Below, in pieces: positions 8,903 to 19,965 of a stretch of 64,000 nt of DNA. Position 1 is the first letter of the stretch. Each line of letters starts with the position of its first letter. The position numbers and the translations under genes are program-made. The notes under the pieces were generated by a model. It saw only the letters and a list, made by a program, of their open reading frames with translations, was not told where the DNA came from and ran no database searches. The stretch comes from Spirulina sp. (GTDB lineage Bacteria > Cyanobacteriota > Cyanobacteriia > Phormidesmidales > Phormidesmidaceae), in contig JBIPSI010000013.1 in the NCBI GenBank assembly GCA_044070495.1, forward strand, positions 32,001 through 96,000, read 5' to 3'.

Positions 8903-10099
8903 CTACTCCGGCAGCCTATACTGTCCAACAATTTTCTTGGCAAAGTCGGGTACGTGGGCCGCTAGTTTTTCGGGATGGTTGCGTTTTAGATAGAGATAAT
9001 TTCGGGTGAAGTGGGAATCGATGGAGAAGCGGGCGTATTCCAGACCCTTGGGGCCAACTCGTTCGATGACCAGGCCCATCAGTTTGGCGGCCCACATGGG
9101 TAGGGTCACGCCTTTGTCGTAGGCGGGGATGCTTTGCTGCACGGCCTGGTGGCGATCCCCCTGGGACATGACGGGTTGGGTATCGAGCTGATCCATCACC
9201 AAATCCAGCATTTCTTGCCCAGTTTGGTTGCGAACCACAATCCACTGCCAGCCGAAGGGGGCACCCATGTAGCCCACCACCAGGTCGGCAAGGCCGTTGA
9301 CGTAGTCGAAACAACTCATGCAGGAGGGGGCAAAAACGTCCTTGAGCTGGTTGGTTTTGAGGCCGAAGAAGGGCACGGTTTCGGTGGAGCCGTCTTCGTG
9401 CTTGAAATGCACCCGGAAATCCTGCATGAACTCGTAGTGCACAACGGTTTCGGGGGAGCGGCTGGTGGTTTCTAGGAATTTTTGCAGCCCAGCCCGGCTG
9501 ACGTTATCCACGCAGGGGGTGCCCAGGACGTAGAGTTTCTCTAGGCCAAGTTTGTCTTCTATCGCACGCAGGGCTTGGATTTGACAGCCAACCCCAATCA
9601 CCAGCAAGCGCTTCATGCCCGACTGTTCCACCTGTTCTAGCACCGATAGATTGGGTGACAGGGTGGGCTTGTTGACACGGGCAGCGAGGATTTCCTCCGG
9701 CGTGGTGGCGATCACGGGCTTGGGTTGGAAGCGGTCTTCCTCGGTGTTTTGTACACAGACAACGCCCTCTACCTTGCCCTGGGTGAGCATTTCAATGGCG
9801 ATGGAACTGACGATGCCCGTCCACTGTGCCCCTTCGATGGGTTGCTGCTTGCGGGCCGCCATCATGTCTTGGTGGACGCCAAAATAGACCTCGTTATCCT
9901 GATCCAGATCCCGCTGGCGACCGTGGCTTTGTTCTTCTAGGGTAGGAAACTGTTGGTTGAGGAAAGCGCAGGCTTCCTTGACGTAGTGAATGTAGTAGGT
10001 ATCGCAGAAGCCACATTCGCTACACAGTTCCTTGGCCGGACGGGGGGCACCGGGACGCAGGGCTTTAGCTTTGTGATGGGGCGGCTGGGCCAGGGTCAT
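8903..10099 (-). CDS. bciB: Ferredoxin-dependent 8-vinyl chlorophyllide reductase (FrhB family)
   Basis: LCSECGFCDT, GAQWTGIVS, GVGCQIQALR, PSCMSCFDY; matches the cyanobacterial BciB/CvrA pattern. Confidence 0.88.
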   Translation of the reverse strand: MTLAQPPHHKAKALRPGAPRPAKELCSECGFCDTYYIHYVKEACAFLNQQFPTLEEQSHGRQRDLDQDNEVYFGVHQDMMAARKQQPIEGAQWTGIVSSIAIEMLTQGKVEGVVCVQNTEEDRFQPKPVIATTPEEILAARVNKPTLSPNLSVLEQVEQSGMKRLLVIGVGCQIQALRAIEDKLGLEKLYVLGTPCVDNVSRAGLQKFLETTSRSPETVVHYEFMQDFRVHFKHEDGSTETVPFFGLKTNQLKDVFAPSCMSCFDYVNGLADLVVGYMGAPFGWQWIVVRNQTGQEMLDLVMDQLDTQPVMSQGDRHQAVQQSIPAYDKGVTLPMWAAKLMGLVIERVGPKGLEYARFSIDSHFTRNYLYLKRNHPEKLAAHVPDFAKKIVGQYRLPE

Positions 10100-10471
10100 A
10101 GCAGTGAAGGAACGTTAAGGGGTGGTCTGTTCTTCACCATACCGCAAGGCTTTCCCTCCCACAGCCCTTTCTTTTCAATTGTTGCGAAAGATTAGGCTCT
10201 AGCGATTTTGTTAAGGGTTGTTTGCCAATGCGATTCTATAGGATGGGGGTGGGCACTCTGTAGACTACACCAAACGTTATTGTCCATAGGGGCAGGTGAT
10301 CCTAGAACCATCGGTGAGGCGATCCCCTTGCTTAGCAAAGACCTATTGGCGCGGCAAGTCAACACCCATGATTTGGAGAATCGTGTACATGGCGTAGTTT
10401 TGATTTATCGTCAAGGACTTACCCCCATAATCCCATCCGGGTTTGCCCGGTGGTGCTATGGATCATCTGAT

Positions 10472-12451
10472 ATGGCCTCAGCAAGGTCACTCTCCGTGAC
10501 AAATGAACCTGTGATATCCCCTGATCCCGCTGCGACAAAAGGCCCGCCAACGCCGTCTCCTCTGGCCAACGCCCTTGACCAGCCCCTTGTTGTTGACCAT
10601 GCTCCCCTAGAGATGAAGGCCCATCTCTCCCTGGGGCAAGGGCTGATGGCGATGGCGGCATCGACTAAGACCTATGCCCTGGTTGTGCAGGAGAGTGGCC
10701 ATCTGCTGGGAGTGCTGACCTATGCCAATGTGGCCGCCGCCGCCGCCCACAACACCGCCTTTAACCACACGCCCCTCAAGGACTGGATGACCCCCCTGGC
10801 CAGTCTCGTTCCTAGTCCGGCGTTACAGTCTGCCCTCAGTTCTCCGCTGTCTTTAGCCTGCGCCCCACCCTACCGAGTGGTGGTGAACGGGGGAGGGCAC
10901 TGGGTAGGGCTGATTACGCCTACAGGCTCCTATGTTTTGCCAGAGACCTCCCTTAATTCGGCATGTTCTCTAGACTTAAATGCCTGTCAGCAGCAGACGT
11001 TCTCACTCCATGAGCAGCAGGAACGCCTTACCCTAGCCCTGAAGGGAGCCCAGATGGGCACCTTAGACTGGGATATTAGCACCGATATTCTGGTGGTATC
11101 TGAGGAATTACAGCAGCTCTTGGCCCTGGCCCCCGGCGAGTTCGACGGCCATTCCAAGAGTCTCTTTGAGCATGTTCACCCAGAGGATCGAGCCAAGGTG
11201 AACGAGGCGCTTCAGTACGCTATTCAACATCAAAAACGATACGACGTTGAGTTTCGTATTCTGCTGCCCGATGGCTTGGTGCGGTGGCTGCTGTCCCAGG
11301 GGCAGGTGTTTTGCCTCCCTAACCTAGCTCCGCGCCTAGTGGGGGTAACAATGGACATTTCGGCCCAGAAACAGGCAGAGGCCGAACTAAAGCTCCAAGC
11401 CCAGCGAGAGCGCCTGGTAACCGAAATGGCCCAGCGCATCCGCAACCTGCTAGATCTAGACAATATCCTAGAGCAGACGGTCATCGCCGTACGCGAGTTC
11501 ATTGAGGCGGATCGGGTGATCATCCTGCAATGTTCGCCAGACATGAGCGGCGAGGTCATCCAAGAATCCTGTTCTCCGGCCTACCCGGCCATGATGGGCT
11601 GGGCCGTGCGCGATCCCTGGAGCGTGGACGAAAAATTTCTGGCCCACTATCGCCAAGGTCGGGGCATGGCCGTGGCCAATGTCTACGAACAGGGGCTTTC
11701 AGAGAACCAGCTCATGTTCTTGGAATACTTTAAAATCCAGGCAGAGGTGGTGGTTCCCCTACTCCATGAACAAACCCTTTGGGGCCTGTTGATTGCCCAC
11801 CAATGCAGCGCTCCCCGCCCGTGGGGCACCGCCGATGTACGACTGCTGCAAAGCCTAGCCACCCAGGTGGGAATTGCCATTCAGCAGGCTAAACTTCATC
11901 GTCAGCTTACCCTGGCTAACCAAGGGTTGCGCCGGATGGCCTACCTGGATGGCCTCACCCAGGTGGCCAATCGTCGTCGCTTTGAACAGCATCTAGACGG
12001 CGAATGGCGGCGGATGGCCCGTCAGCGGGAGCCACTTTCTATCATCCTGGCCGATATTGATTATTTCAAAGGCTTTAACGACCTCTACGGTCACCAAGCT
12101 GGCGATAACTGCCTCCGCCTGGTGGCCCGCACCCTCAGCCACGCGGCCAAACGCCCAGGAGACCTAGTCGCTCGCTATGGTGGTGAAGAATTTGCGGTCA
12201 TTCTGCCCAACACCCATCTCAAGGGGGCAGAGACCGTCGCCGAAGATATCCGTCGGGCGATTCGGGATCGACGCATCAACCACCGTAGTTCCGCCATTGA
12301 TACTATTGTCACCATGAGCCTAGGGGTGGCGAGCTGTATCCCCTCCACAGACAGTTCGGCAGCCAACCTCCTCAAACGGGCCGATGAAGCGCTCTATGCC
12401 GCTAAAGCTGGGGGGCGAGACCAAGTACAACTTGCTCCGGCCATCACCTAG
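10472..12451 (+). CDS. Diguanylate cyclase (degenerate CBS - PAS - GAF - GGDEF)
   Basis: VHPED PAS; ADRV...GEVIQES GAF; DGLTQVANRR, RPGD I-site and RYGGEEF. Start uncertain. Confidence 0.9.
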   Translation: MASARSLSVTNEPVISPDPAATKGPPTPSPLANALDQPLVVDHAPLEMKAHLSLGQGLMAMAASTKTYALVVQESGHLLGVLTYANVAAAAAHNTAFNHTPLKDWMTPLASLVPSPALQSALSSPLSLACAPPYRVVVNGGGHWVGLITPTGSYVLPETSLNSACSLDLNACQQQTFSLHEQQERLTLALKGAQMGTLDWDISTDILVVSEELQQLLALAPGEFDGHSKSLFEHVHPEDRAKVNEALQYAIQHQKRYDVEFRILLPDGLVRWLLSQGQVFCLPNLAPRLVGVTMDISAQKQAEAELKLQAQRERLVTEMAQRIRNLLDLDNILEQTVIAVREFIEADRVIILQCSPDMSGEVIQESCSPAYPAMMGWAVRDPWSVDEKFLAHYRQGRGMAVANVYEQGLSENQLMFLEYFKIQAEVVVPLLHEQTLWGLLIAHQCSAPRPWGTADVRLLQSLATQVGIAIQQAKLHRQLTLANQGLRRMAYLDGLTQVANRRRFEQHLDGEWRRMARQREPLSIILADIDYFKGFNDLYGHQAGDNCLRLVARTLSHAAKRPGDLVARYGGEEFAVILPNTHLKGAETVAEDIRRAIRDRRINHRSSAIDTIVTMSLGVASCIPSTDSSAANLLKRADEALYAAKAGGRDQVQLAPAIT

Positions 12452-12626
12452 GCCACCACCCTACACAGGTTCAATCTCCCTAAGATTTTATCTTCGTGAG
12501 GCTCTGTCTTCCTAGGTCTACAGCATATCCTAGGCTCCCAACACAACCAGCGTGAAGCATTATCCAGGGAAGATTCTGAGGAGAAAGCGGCGGCCAGTCT
12601 AGGGCTGATTCGGCCTGCCCTAGGAA

Positions 12627-12827
12627 CTATAGACCCTGGCGAGAGACCATCTTTTCGATATTGGCCTGGGTTTGGTGGAGCAGGCTATGACGGCTATCAC
12701 CAGCGCTATGAAGAGAGGGCACCAGATTACGCGCTTGGAGCGCCATGTGGAGTTGTAGATGGGCAACGTACTCGGAAAAATCTTCGCGGGTTTCGGTCAG
12801 GACGGGAGCTTTTTCTGACAATGCCAC
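12627..12827 (-). CDS. Small hypothetical protein (66 aa)
   Basis: GAGG RBS, isolated ORF with helical composition (EYVAHLQLHMALQARNLVP). Confidence 0.7.
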   Translation of the reverse strand: MALSEKAPVLTETREDFSEYVAHLQLHMALQARNLVPSLHSAGDSRHSLLHQTQANIEKMVSRQGL

Positions 12828-13156
12828 GGGAAAACCTCGGTATTACTGAAGATCGGGAAATACGCAACGATAACGAAGTTAACATAACCCCTGACCCCGC
12901 CCCAGGTTGTGCAACGAAGCTTAACGGTAATTATGGAGGCTGAGATTACATCCCTGATGGCTTCCCGGTTATGGGTGGAGGAGGAAACCTCACCCCCTAC
13001 CATGGCTGGGGTTTGGGCATCGAGTGTTGGCCATGCGGATGGGGTGTCACCCGAACCAGGACGGTCACAGAACGGCGCAAAAGCGCGAGGATACAGACAA
13101 GCTGTATCCTCGCGGCGAGATGACCACGCTAGATCGCCCTAGCGTAGCGGGATGGA

Positions 13157-14464
13157 CTAGATCTCGAACTTCTCACCTTTGGCGGGGTCAGACCAGTCGC
13201 AGGCAAAACCCTTGGTATCGGGCACGAACTGGTTCCAGGGCTGGGGATCGATGGGGCCATCGGTAGACCACAGGATCTCGAACATGCCGTCTTCCTTCAC
13301 TTCCCCAATCCGTACGGTCTTGGAGAGGTGGTGGTTGGCATTCATGGTCACAGGGCCTTCTGGGGCGGCCATGCTTTGGCCATAGGCTGCCGTACGCACG
13401 GCAGCAATGTCAAAGCTGCCAGCGGCCTCCACGGCCTGTTTCCAGAGGTAAACCATGATGTAGGCGGCTTCCATAGGGTCGTTGGTGACCCGATCTTCGC
13501 CGTACTCAGCCTTGAAGTCGGCTACCCACTTGGTGTTCTCGGGGGTGTCCACGGTTTGGAAGTAGTTCCAGGAGGCCAGGTGACCCACCAGGAACTCAGG
13601 CCCGATCTGGCGCACTTCTTCCTCCGCCACACTGACGGACATCACGGGGTACAGATCTGGCCCCATGCCAGCCCCTTGCAACTGCTTAAAGAAAGCCACG
13701 TTGCTGTCGCCGTTGAGGCTGTTGAAAATGACCCCACCGTTGGGCAGAGCGGCCCGAATTTTGGTGATGATCGGCGTGACCTCGGTGTTGCCCAGGGGCA
13801 GGTAGTCTTCCCCAACGGTGTTGCCACCCTTGGCCGCCAGTTGCTCTTTGATAATGGTGTTGGCGGTGCGGGGGAACACGTAGTCCGACCCCACCAGGAA
13901 GAAGTCCTTGCTCTTGTTTTCCAACAGCCAATCCACAGCGGGCTCGATTTGCTGGTTGGGTGCCGCCCCGGTGTAGAAGATGTTCTTGGAACATTCCTGT
14001 CCCTCGTACTGCACCGGATACCACAGCATGTGATCCTTCGACTCGAAGACGGGCAGCACAGCCTTACGGCTAGCCGAAGTCCAGCAGCCGAACACCACCG
14101 ACACCTGGTCTTGATCAATCAGCTTCTCAGCCTTCTCCGCAAAGGTAGGCCAATCCGAAGCGCCGTCTTCCACCACCGCTTCAATCTGCTGGCCGAGGAC
14201 ACCCCCCGCCGCATTGATTTCCTTGATGGCGAGTTTCTCCGCGTCTACCACGGTGGTTTCGCTAATCGCCATGGTGCCGCTGAGGGAGTGGAGGATCCCC
14301 ACCTTAACCGTTTCGCCGCCGCCCGCTGCGGCATCGCCACCCTCAGGAGTGGTTCCCGCGTCGGGGGTTGTCGTGGCATTGCCACAGGCTTTCAACAACA
14401 TTGAGGTGCCCAGGGTAGCAGACCCGTACACCAAAAACTTCCGTCGATTAAATCGTGCGACCAT
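13157..14464 (-). CDS. urtA: Urea ABC transporter substrate-binding protein
   Basis: Twin-Arg/lipoprotein leader; [41 protein letters not shown]. Confidence 0.95.
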   Translation of the reverse strand: MVARFNRRKFLVYGSATLGTSMLLKACGNATTTPDAGTTPEGGDAAAGGGETVKVGILHSLSGTMAISETTVVDAEKLAIKEINAAGGVLGQQIEAVVEDGASDWPTFAEKAEKLIDQDQVSVVFGCWTSASRKAVLPVFESKDHMLWYPVQYEGQECSKNIFYTGAAPNQQIEPAVDWLLENKSKDFFLVGSDYVFPRTANTIIKEQLAAKGGNTVGEDYLPLGNTEVTPIITKIRAALPNGGVIFNSLNGDSNVAFFKQLQGAGMGPDLYPVMSVSVAEEEVRQIGPEFLVGHLASWNYFQTVDTPENTKWVADFKAEYGEDRVTNDPMEAAYIMVYLWKQAVEAAGSFDIAAVRTAAYGQSMAAPEGPVTMNANHHLSKTVRIGEVKEDGMFEILWSTDGPIDPQPWNQFVPDTKGFACDWSDPAKGEKFEI

Positions 14465-14536
14465 TCAACCTCACTCCTGACTCAAATAAATAGGGGCAAT
14501 TGGGCTATGGCATCACCCACCAAACCTCCAGAGTGG

Positions 14537-14578
14537 ATATTAGGCGGAGTGATTGGTAGTAAATGTAGCGCAGAACAC
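14537..14578 (-). promoter_or_regulatory. NtcA-activated promoter of urtA
   Basis: On the minus strand: GTG-N8-TAC (14578-14565), 22 nt spacer, then TAATAT -10 (14542-14537). Confidence 0.8.
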
Positions 14579-14783
14579 AAAAAATCTTTAACTTTGTTGG
14601 CAAAGAAACGCTGACCTGGGTAAAACTCTTTGAATCGTTCTAAAAGTTTTAAAAGTTTGTTCTAGAAGGATCTTCCCTAGCCACTTCCCAGGACGGCACA
14701 GCGCAGGGGGAGAAATCAGCAAAGCCGTCCTATGATGGAATGGATTTGGGGAGAAATGCCTTGGGATCTCGAACCCTGGGCCG

Positions 14784-15002
14784 ATGGCCTACCCCATGGA
14801 TATTAGCAGTTGGGAAACGCGCATGAGAGATTACGTGGAGTGGCTAGGGTTAATGGCCGTATCGGGTGGCTTGGCAGTGCTGCTAAACAGCGTATTCTTG
14901 AACGGTGCCGCCCAGGCCCAGGTGTCTGCCCACAACTTGACTATGCCCTCCACCCCCCCGGCTGAACTGTGCCTTTGGGTATCGGCCCCCTCCCAACCCT
15001 AA
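14784..15002 (+). CDS. Possible small exported hypothetical protein
   Basis: Hydrophobic segment followed by AAQAQ signal-like cleavage site; fills the intergenic gap. Confidence 0.4.
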   Translation: MAYPMDISSWETRMRDYVEWLGLMAVSGGLAVLLNSVFLNGAAQAQVSAHNLTMPSTPPAELCLWVSAPSQP

Positions 15003-15080
15003 TCTCGCCATCGTTGCGTCGGTTCCCTAACCTTGCCACAATGAAGGGCAGGATTGTTAAGTATTGGAAACATTTCTAGC

Positions 15081-16016
15081 ATGGGATTTCTGTCGATTCT
15101 GGGGCTTCTCGTGGGGCTACTAGGGCTGGGCTTGGCGATCTATTTCTTGACGGCCCGCCGCTACCAGTCCGCTAATTCCGTGGCCAACGCCTACGACCAA
15201 TGGACCCAGGACGGCATCCTCGAATTTTACTGGGGCGAACATATTCACCTAGGGCACTATGGGTCGCCGCCGCGCCGCAAGCCGTTTTTGGCCGCCAAGG
15301 CGGATTTTGTCCACGAAATGGTGCGCTGGGGCGGGTTGGATCGCTTGCCCTCTGGAACCACCGTCCTGGATGTGGGTTGCGGCATTGGCGGCAGCGCCCG
15401 AATTCTGGCGCGAGACTATGGCTTTGCGGTCACAGGGGTGACCATCAGCCCCCAGCAGGTGCAGCGGGCCACGGAACTCACCCCCGCCGGAATCACCGCC
15501 CAGTTCCAGGTGGATGACGCCATGAATCTTTCCTTACCCGACGCCAGCTTCGATGTGGTGTGGTCGGTGGAGGCTGGCCCCCACATGCCCGATAAGGCCA
15601 TCTTTGCCAAGGAACTCATGCGGGTGCTGAAACCCGGTGGCCTTCTCGTCGTGGCCGATTGGAACCAGCGGGACGACCGTAAAAAGCCCCTGAATTTCTG
15701 GGAAAAACCCGTCATGCAGCAACTGCTGGATCAGTGGGCGCACCCTCAGTTCGCCAGCATCGAAGGCTTTGCCGAACACCTCGAAGCCACGGGCCTCGTT
15801 GATGGCACCGTCACCACCGCCGACTGGTCGCAGGAAACCCTGCCCTCCTGGCTCGATTCCATCTGGCAGGGCATCGTGCGGCCCAAGGGCTTGATTAAGT
15901 TCGGCTTCTCAGGCTTCATCAAATCCCTGCGCGAAGTGCCCACCATTCTGCTGATGCGCCTTGCCTTTGGGACGGGACTCTGTCGGTTTGGCATGTTTCG
16001 GGCCATCCGGGGTTAG
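15081..16016 (+). CDS. MPBQ/MSBQ methyltransferase (tocopherol pathway)
   Basis: N-terminal TM; YWGEHIHLGHYG, VLDVGCGIGGS, WSVEAGPHMPDK. Confidence 0.88.
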   Translation: MGFLSILGLLVGLLGLGLAIYFLTARRYQSANSVANAYDQWTQDGILEFYWGEHIHLGHYGSPPRRKPFLAAKADFVHEMVRWGGLDRLPSGTTVLDVGCGIGGSARILARDYGFAVTGVTISPQQVQRATELTPAGITAQFQVDDAMNLSLPDASFDVVWSVEAGPHMPDKAIFAKELMRVLKPGGLLVVADWNQRDDRKKPLNFWEKPVMQQLLDQWAHPQFASIEGFAEHLEATGLVDGTVTTADWSQETLPSWLDSIWQGIVRPKGLIKFGFSGFIKSLREVPTILLMRLAFGTGLCRFGMFRAIRG

Positions 16017-16033
16017 GGATTAGGCAGTGGATT

Positions 16034-16161
16034 GGGGCGCACGGCGGTGCGCCCGTACGAGGCCGTTGCCATGGATTTGTTGCCATGGATCAGGTTGCCC
16101 TTGAAATAGGGCTTAGGAGCAATTGGTGATTGGGTTGGGGCGCACCGCAGTGCGCCCGTAC
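16034..16161. repeat. Two REP-like palindromes (GGGCGCAC..GTGCGCCCGTAC)
   Basis: Copies at 16034-16058 and 16137-16161; an inverted copy at 34651-34675. Confidence 0.8.
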
Positions 16162-16198
16162 AATGGAGTCGTCCAGGATGTATCCCTAACGCTTTGCT

Positions 16199-17581
16199 AT
16201 GCCTACGCCCCGCCTGATCATTATTGGCCTCGACTGCATGGAGCCGTCCCTGGTATTCGAGCGTTGGCGGGAGGACTTGCCCAACCTCAGCCGATTGATG
16301 GCCCAGGGCATGTATGGCCGTATGGAGAGCAGCATTCCCGCCATTACTGTGCCTGCCTGGAGTTGCATGATGACCGGGCGCGATCCCGGAGAACTGGGCA
16401 TCTATGGGTTTCGCAATCGGCGGGATCGCGACTATCACTCCATGGCGATTTCTGATGGACGGGCCGTAAAATTTCCCCGCCTGTGGGACATTTTGGGAGA
16501 GGCGGGCTGGTCGGTGGCGGTGCTGAGTGTGCCAGGAACCTCGCCCCCCTACGCCGTCAACGGTTCCCTGGTGTCCTGCTTCCTCACCCCCAGCACTGAA
16601 GTCCCCTTCACCCATCCGCCGGAACTGGGCGACCAAATCAAAGCCTGGATGCCAGATTTCATGATGGATGTGCCCAACTTTCGCTCCGACGAAAAAGACC
16701 GCATCCTAGCCAACCTTTACAGCCTGTGCGATCAGCGCTTTACGCTGGCTGAAAAGCTAATTGATCGGGATCAGCCGGACTTCTTGATGCTGGTGGATAT
16801 GGGGGTAGACCGTCTGCACCACGCCTTTTGGAAACCGATGGATCCCCGCCATCCCCAATACGAGGCCGATTCCCCCTTTGCCACTGCCATCCACGACTAC
16901 TACGTCCATGTGGACAAACGGGTGGGCGAGTTGCTGACCCATTGCGACGATGAGACTGCGGTATTGGTAGTCTCGGATCACGGGGCACAACCCTTGATGG
17001 GCGGCATTTGCATCAATGAATGGTTAATCGCTCAAGGCTATCTGACGCTTAAGGAAGACCTCGATCAGGTGATCCCCCTCGACCAGGCGGCGGTGGATTG
17101 GGGCCAAACCCAGGTGTGGGGTGCCGGGGGCTACTATGCCCGCATTTTCTTCAACGTTAAGGGCCGCGAACCCCAGGGCACCGTAGCCATGGCCGACTAC
17201 GATGCCCTGCGCCAGGAACTCACCGACAAGCTCAAAACCCTGACCGACCCCAGCGGCAATCCCCTGCCCATCAAGGTCTTCAAACCCCAGGACATCTACC
17301 AAAAGGTACGCGGACGGGCACCCGACTTGATTGTGTACTTCGACGATCTCGCTTGGCGTTCCGTCGGTAGCGTTGGCCTCAACAGCTTCTACACCGTGGA
17401 CAACGACACTGGCCCCGACGATGCCAACCACGCCCCCTTCGGCCTGATGATTTTCCACGACCCCGCCCAGCCCCAAAACGGTCGGGAACTAGAGGGCGCA
17501 CAACTTTATGATGTGCTGCCGACCCTGCTGCACCGCTACGGTATTACCCCTCCCGATGGACTACGGGGCAAAATCTGGTAG
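16199..17581 (+). CDS. Alkaline phosphatase superfamily / nucleotide pyrophosphatase-phosphodiesterase
   Basis: IIGLDC, PAITVPAW..MMTG, DRLHH, VSDHG, C-terminal ANH and DVLPTLL. Confidence 0.88.
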   Translation: MPTPRLIIIGLDCMEPSLVFERWREDLPNLSRLMAQGMYGRMESSIPAITVPAWSCMMTGRDPGELGIYGFRNRRDRDYHSMAISDGRAVKFPRLWDILGEAGWSVAVLSVPGTSPPYAVNGSLVSCFLTPSTEVPFTHPPELGDQIKAWMPDFMMDVPNFRSDEKDRILANLYSLCDQRFTLAEKLIDRDQPDFLMLVDMGVDRLHHAFWKPMDPRHPQYEADSPFATAIHDYYVHVDKRVGELLTHCDDETAVLVVSDHGAQPLMGGICINEWLIAQGYLTLKEDLDQVIPLDQAAVDWGQTQVWGAGGYYARIFFNVKGREPQGTVAMADYDALRQELTDKLKTLTDPSGNPLPIKVFKPQDIYQKVRGRAPDLIVYFDDLAWRSVGSVGLNSFYTVDNDTGPDDANHAPFGLMIFHDPAQPQNGRELEGAQLYDVLPTLLHRYGITPPDGLRGKIW

Positions 17582-17619
17582 TTAACCCACACAAATAAAC
17601 AAGCTGATCAGGACAACCC

Positions 17620-18168
17620 CTAGGAACGTTCGTCCTCTAGAGAGGTTTTTCCTGAATCAAGCTGGCTTTGCAACTGGGCCAGGGCCGCCCAGCGGTGATC
17701 TACTGCCAGGTTACCTTGACGTTCTGGTGCTTCAGTGGGGATGGCAATGCCGGGACAATCCACATCACACAACTGACGCTGAGGCAGAGCCAAGCAAATT
17801 TGTTCATGGATCCAAGCCATTGGATCAAAATATCCGTTGGGGGGCAGGGTTTCCATCAGATCTTCCATACCTACCTCCCGCTCTAGGGGCAGGGTAGCAG
17901 GGTCAGGGGCGTCCTCTAGCCAAATAAGTTCCTGGGGGGCAATGGAAACTCGGTGGTTATAGCTCTGTAGGCAACGGTGGCAGGTTAGGGTCACGATAGT
18001 TTCCGCAAAGCCTTTCACCGCCAGGTAGGTCGCCTGGTGGGTCACCTGCACTTCGCCACGCACCGGAGTTAAGGTTTCCAGCTCAGGAAAGTGACCATCA
18101 ATCTCGATGCTGAGAGTCTTCTCTGGCTGCTGAAGTAGCTGAGGGATGTACACCCGATCCCAATCCAT
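17620..18168 (-). CDS. yceD: YceD/DUF177 family protein
   Basis: CHRCL, EQICLALP...LC...CPG, DHRWAAL; conserved position after jag. Confidence 0.88.
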   Translation of the reverse strand: MDWDRVYIPQLLQQPEKTLSIEIDGHFPELETLTPVRGEVQVTHQATYLAVKGFAETIVTLTCHRCLQSYNHRVSIAPQELIWLEDAPDPATLPLEREVGMEDLMETLPPNGYFDPMAWIHEQICLALPQRQLCDVDCPGIAIPTEAPERQGNLAVDHRWAALAQLQSQLDSGKTSLEDERS

Positions 18169-18177
18169 GGCTGTACC

Positions 18178-18684
18178 CTATTCCTCGTCATGGGCCTGAT
18201 GTTCTAGGCATATCACCAACCGTCGATCCGGCTCTTTGCCTCGGCTGAAGGTCGATAGCCTTTCCTGAGCCTTCAGAAAATGATGAAGTTGGCGGCGTTC
18301 AGCGGAGGAAAGCCCCTTGATTTCGTGTTCTTCATGGCTAGCCAAAACCTGTTCCGCCGCCGCCATGGCCATGGCTTTAAGCTCCTCCAGACGCTTGGCC
18401 CGGTAGCCCGCCAACTCCAGAGTAAAGGCTTGCTGCTGATCGGCCTCTTTACCTAGGTTCAGGGTGGTATTGGCAAGATACTGAATCGAGTCCAGCACGG
18501 AACCCCGATCCCCGATCAGGGTCTGCACCTGTTCTGGGGTGAGCTTTGAGTCATCAATAGTGAGCCAGCAGCTATGCCCTGTCTCATCCTCAACGAGGTG
18601 GGCGGACACCGTCGTTTGTAGCCCCTGCATGGCCAGCAGTGACGTGAGCCACTCAACCCCAGCTTGGTATACCGCTTCCTCCAT
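18178..18684 (-). CDS. jag: Jag/KhpB KH-R3H RNA-binding protein
   Basis: LIGDRGSVLDSIQYL; ERRQLHH (R3H); SRGKEPDRRLV; follows yidC. Confidence 0.9.
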   Translation of the reverse strand: MEEAVYQAGVEWLTSLLAMQGLQTTVSAHLVEDETGHSCWLTIDDSKLTPEQVQTLIGDRGSVLDSIQYLANTTLNLGKEADQQQAFTLELAGYRAKRLEELKAMAMAAAEQVLASHEEHEIKGLSSAERRQLHHFLKAQERLSTFSRGKEPDRRLVICLEHQAHDEE

Positions 18685-18691
18685 GGTGCCC

Positions 18692-19849
18692 CTATGCCTT
18701 TTTCTTCTTGGCCCGACCCGGTTCAAAGGGTAGGGTTTTGCGATCATCAACGTCCGCCTTACGGGTTTCAGAGTCCACGATTTTCTGCAAATTTTCCGGC
18801 AGTGGTTCGCGGGACAGAATGAAGGTCTGTAAGGTTTGGAAAATGTTAGCAATCACCATGTACATCAGCACCCCAGCGGGCAGGGGGAAGAACAGGAACA
18901 TCCCAGAGAAGATCACCGGCGTAAACTTGTTGACAGCGTTTTGCTGCGGGTTGTCCGATGTAGATCCCTGCCCCGACAACACCTGGTTGAGGTAGAGGCT
19001 AGCCCCAAAGGCCAAAATCATAGCCAGGATATCCCAGTGGATTGCGCCGTTGTCGCCTGTCACCCCTACTCGACCCAGCGCTTCAATAAATAGGAAGCCC
19101 TTGTTGGAGGCTAGGCCGGGTACGTAGACCTTAATTGACGCTTCCCCAGGGGCCACAGCGGTAATGTGACCATCTTGATCAACCTCAATCACGCCCTCGC
19201 CCTTGGCAATTTCCCAGCGGGGCTGAACCTCGTCCGCCGCTTCCTGGTTGTACTCGGCGACCAGATCCCCAATGGGTTGGCCCTCAGGGGTTTGCAGACG
19301 CACATCGGTCTTTTCGCCCACCACCAGCTTGTTGCCGCCAGGCACTACCGCCGCAATGGGAAAGTGAGAGCCATCGGACACATAGATGGCCTTGGGAGAA
19401 GTACTAAAGATTTGGGGCTGAATTTGCTCAACCTTCTCCTGGGGGAAAACCTGAAAATTGACGTCGTAGGCAATATCGGAGAACGGCGATCCCCGCAGGG
19501 TGGCAAACAGGGCAAAGAGGACAGGCATTTGCACCAGCACTGGGAAGCAGCCCGCCAGGGGATTCCCAAACTCTTTGTAGACCTTGCCCATTTCCTCCTG
19601 GAGCTTGGCGGGGTCGTCTTTATAGCGGTCTTGAATCTCCTTCACTCGCTTTTGCATCAGCGGCTGAGCCACCCGCATCCGGCGCATGTTGCGAATAGAC
19701 CCAGCGTTGAGGGGGTATAGAGCAAAGCGAATGACCAGGGTAAGGGCCACAATCGCCAAGCCGTAGCTGGGCACGATCCCGTAGAAAAAATCCAGGATCG
19801 GCAACATGATGTTGTTTGACAGAAATCCAATACCAAAATCCATGGGCAC
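18692..19849 (-). CDS. yidC: Membrane protein insertase YidC
   Basis: [30 protein letters not shown]. Confidence 0.97.
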   Translation of the reverse strand: MPMDFGIGFLSNNIMLPILDFFYGIVPSYGLAIVALTLVIRFALYPLNAGSIRNMRRMRVAQPLMQKRVKEIQDRYKDDPAKLQEEMGKVYKEFGNPLAGCFPVLVQMPVLFALFATLRGSPFSDIAYDVNFQVFPQEKVEQIQPQIFSTSPKAIYVSDGSHFPIAAVVPGGNKLVVGEKTDVRLQTPEGQPIGDLVAEYNQEAADEVQPRWEIAKGEGVIEVDQDGHITAVAPGEASIKVYVPGLASNKGFLFIEALGRVGVTGDNGAIHWDILAMILAFGASLYLNQVLSGQGSTSDNPQQNAVNKFTPVIFSGMFLFFPLPAGVLMYMVIANIFQTLQTFILSREPLPENLQKIVDSETRKADVDDRKTLPFEPGRAKKKKA

Positions 19850-19965
19850 CTAACCCCGCCAGGGGAATTACGACGTCAATTTGCTCAGTTACCTAATCTA
19901 CCCTACTTATTTGCCCCCAACCCCACCAAAACGGTGCGGGGTACCGTAGGGTAGGGAGCGACAAT

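Noticed and set aside
10208..10471. N-terminal extensions given by the ORF track (also for lysR, jag, rnpA, mntA, rre1, xdhA)
   Set aside because: They overlap neighbouring genes or promoters; downstream starts fit family lengths and RBSs better.
13328..14404. 358-aa ORF antisense to urtA
   Set aside because: Shadow ORF from GC-rich codon bias; no motifs, and urtA explains the region.
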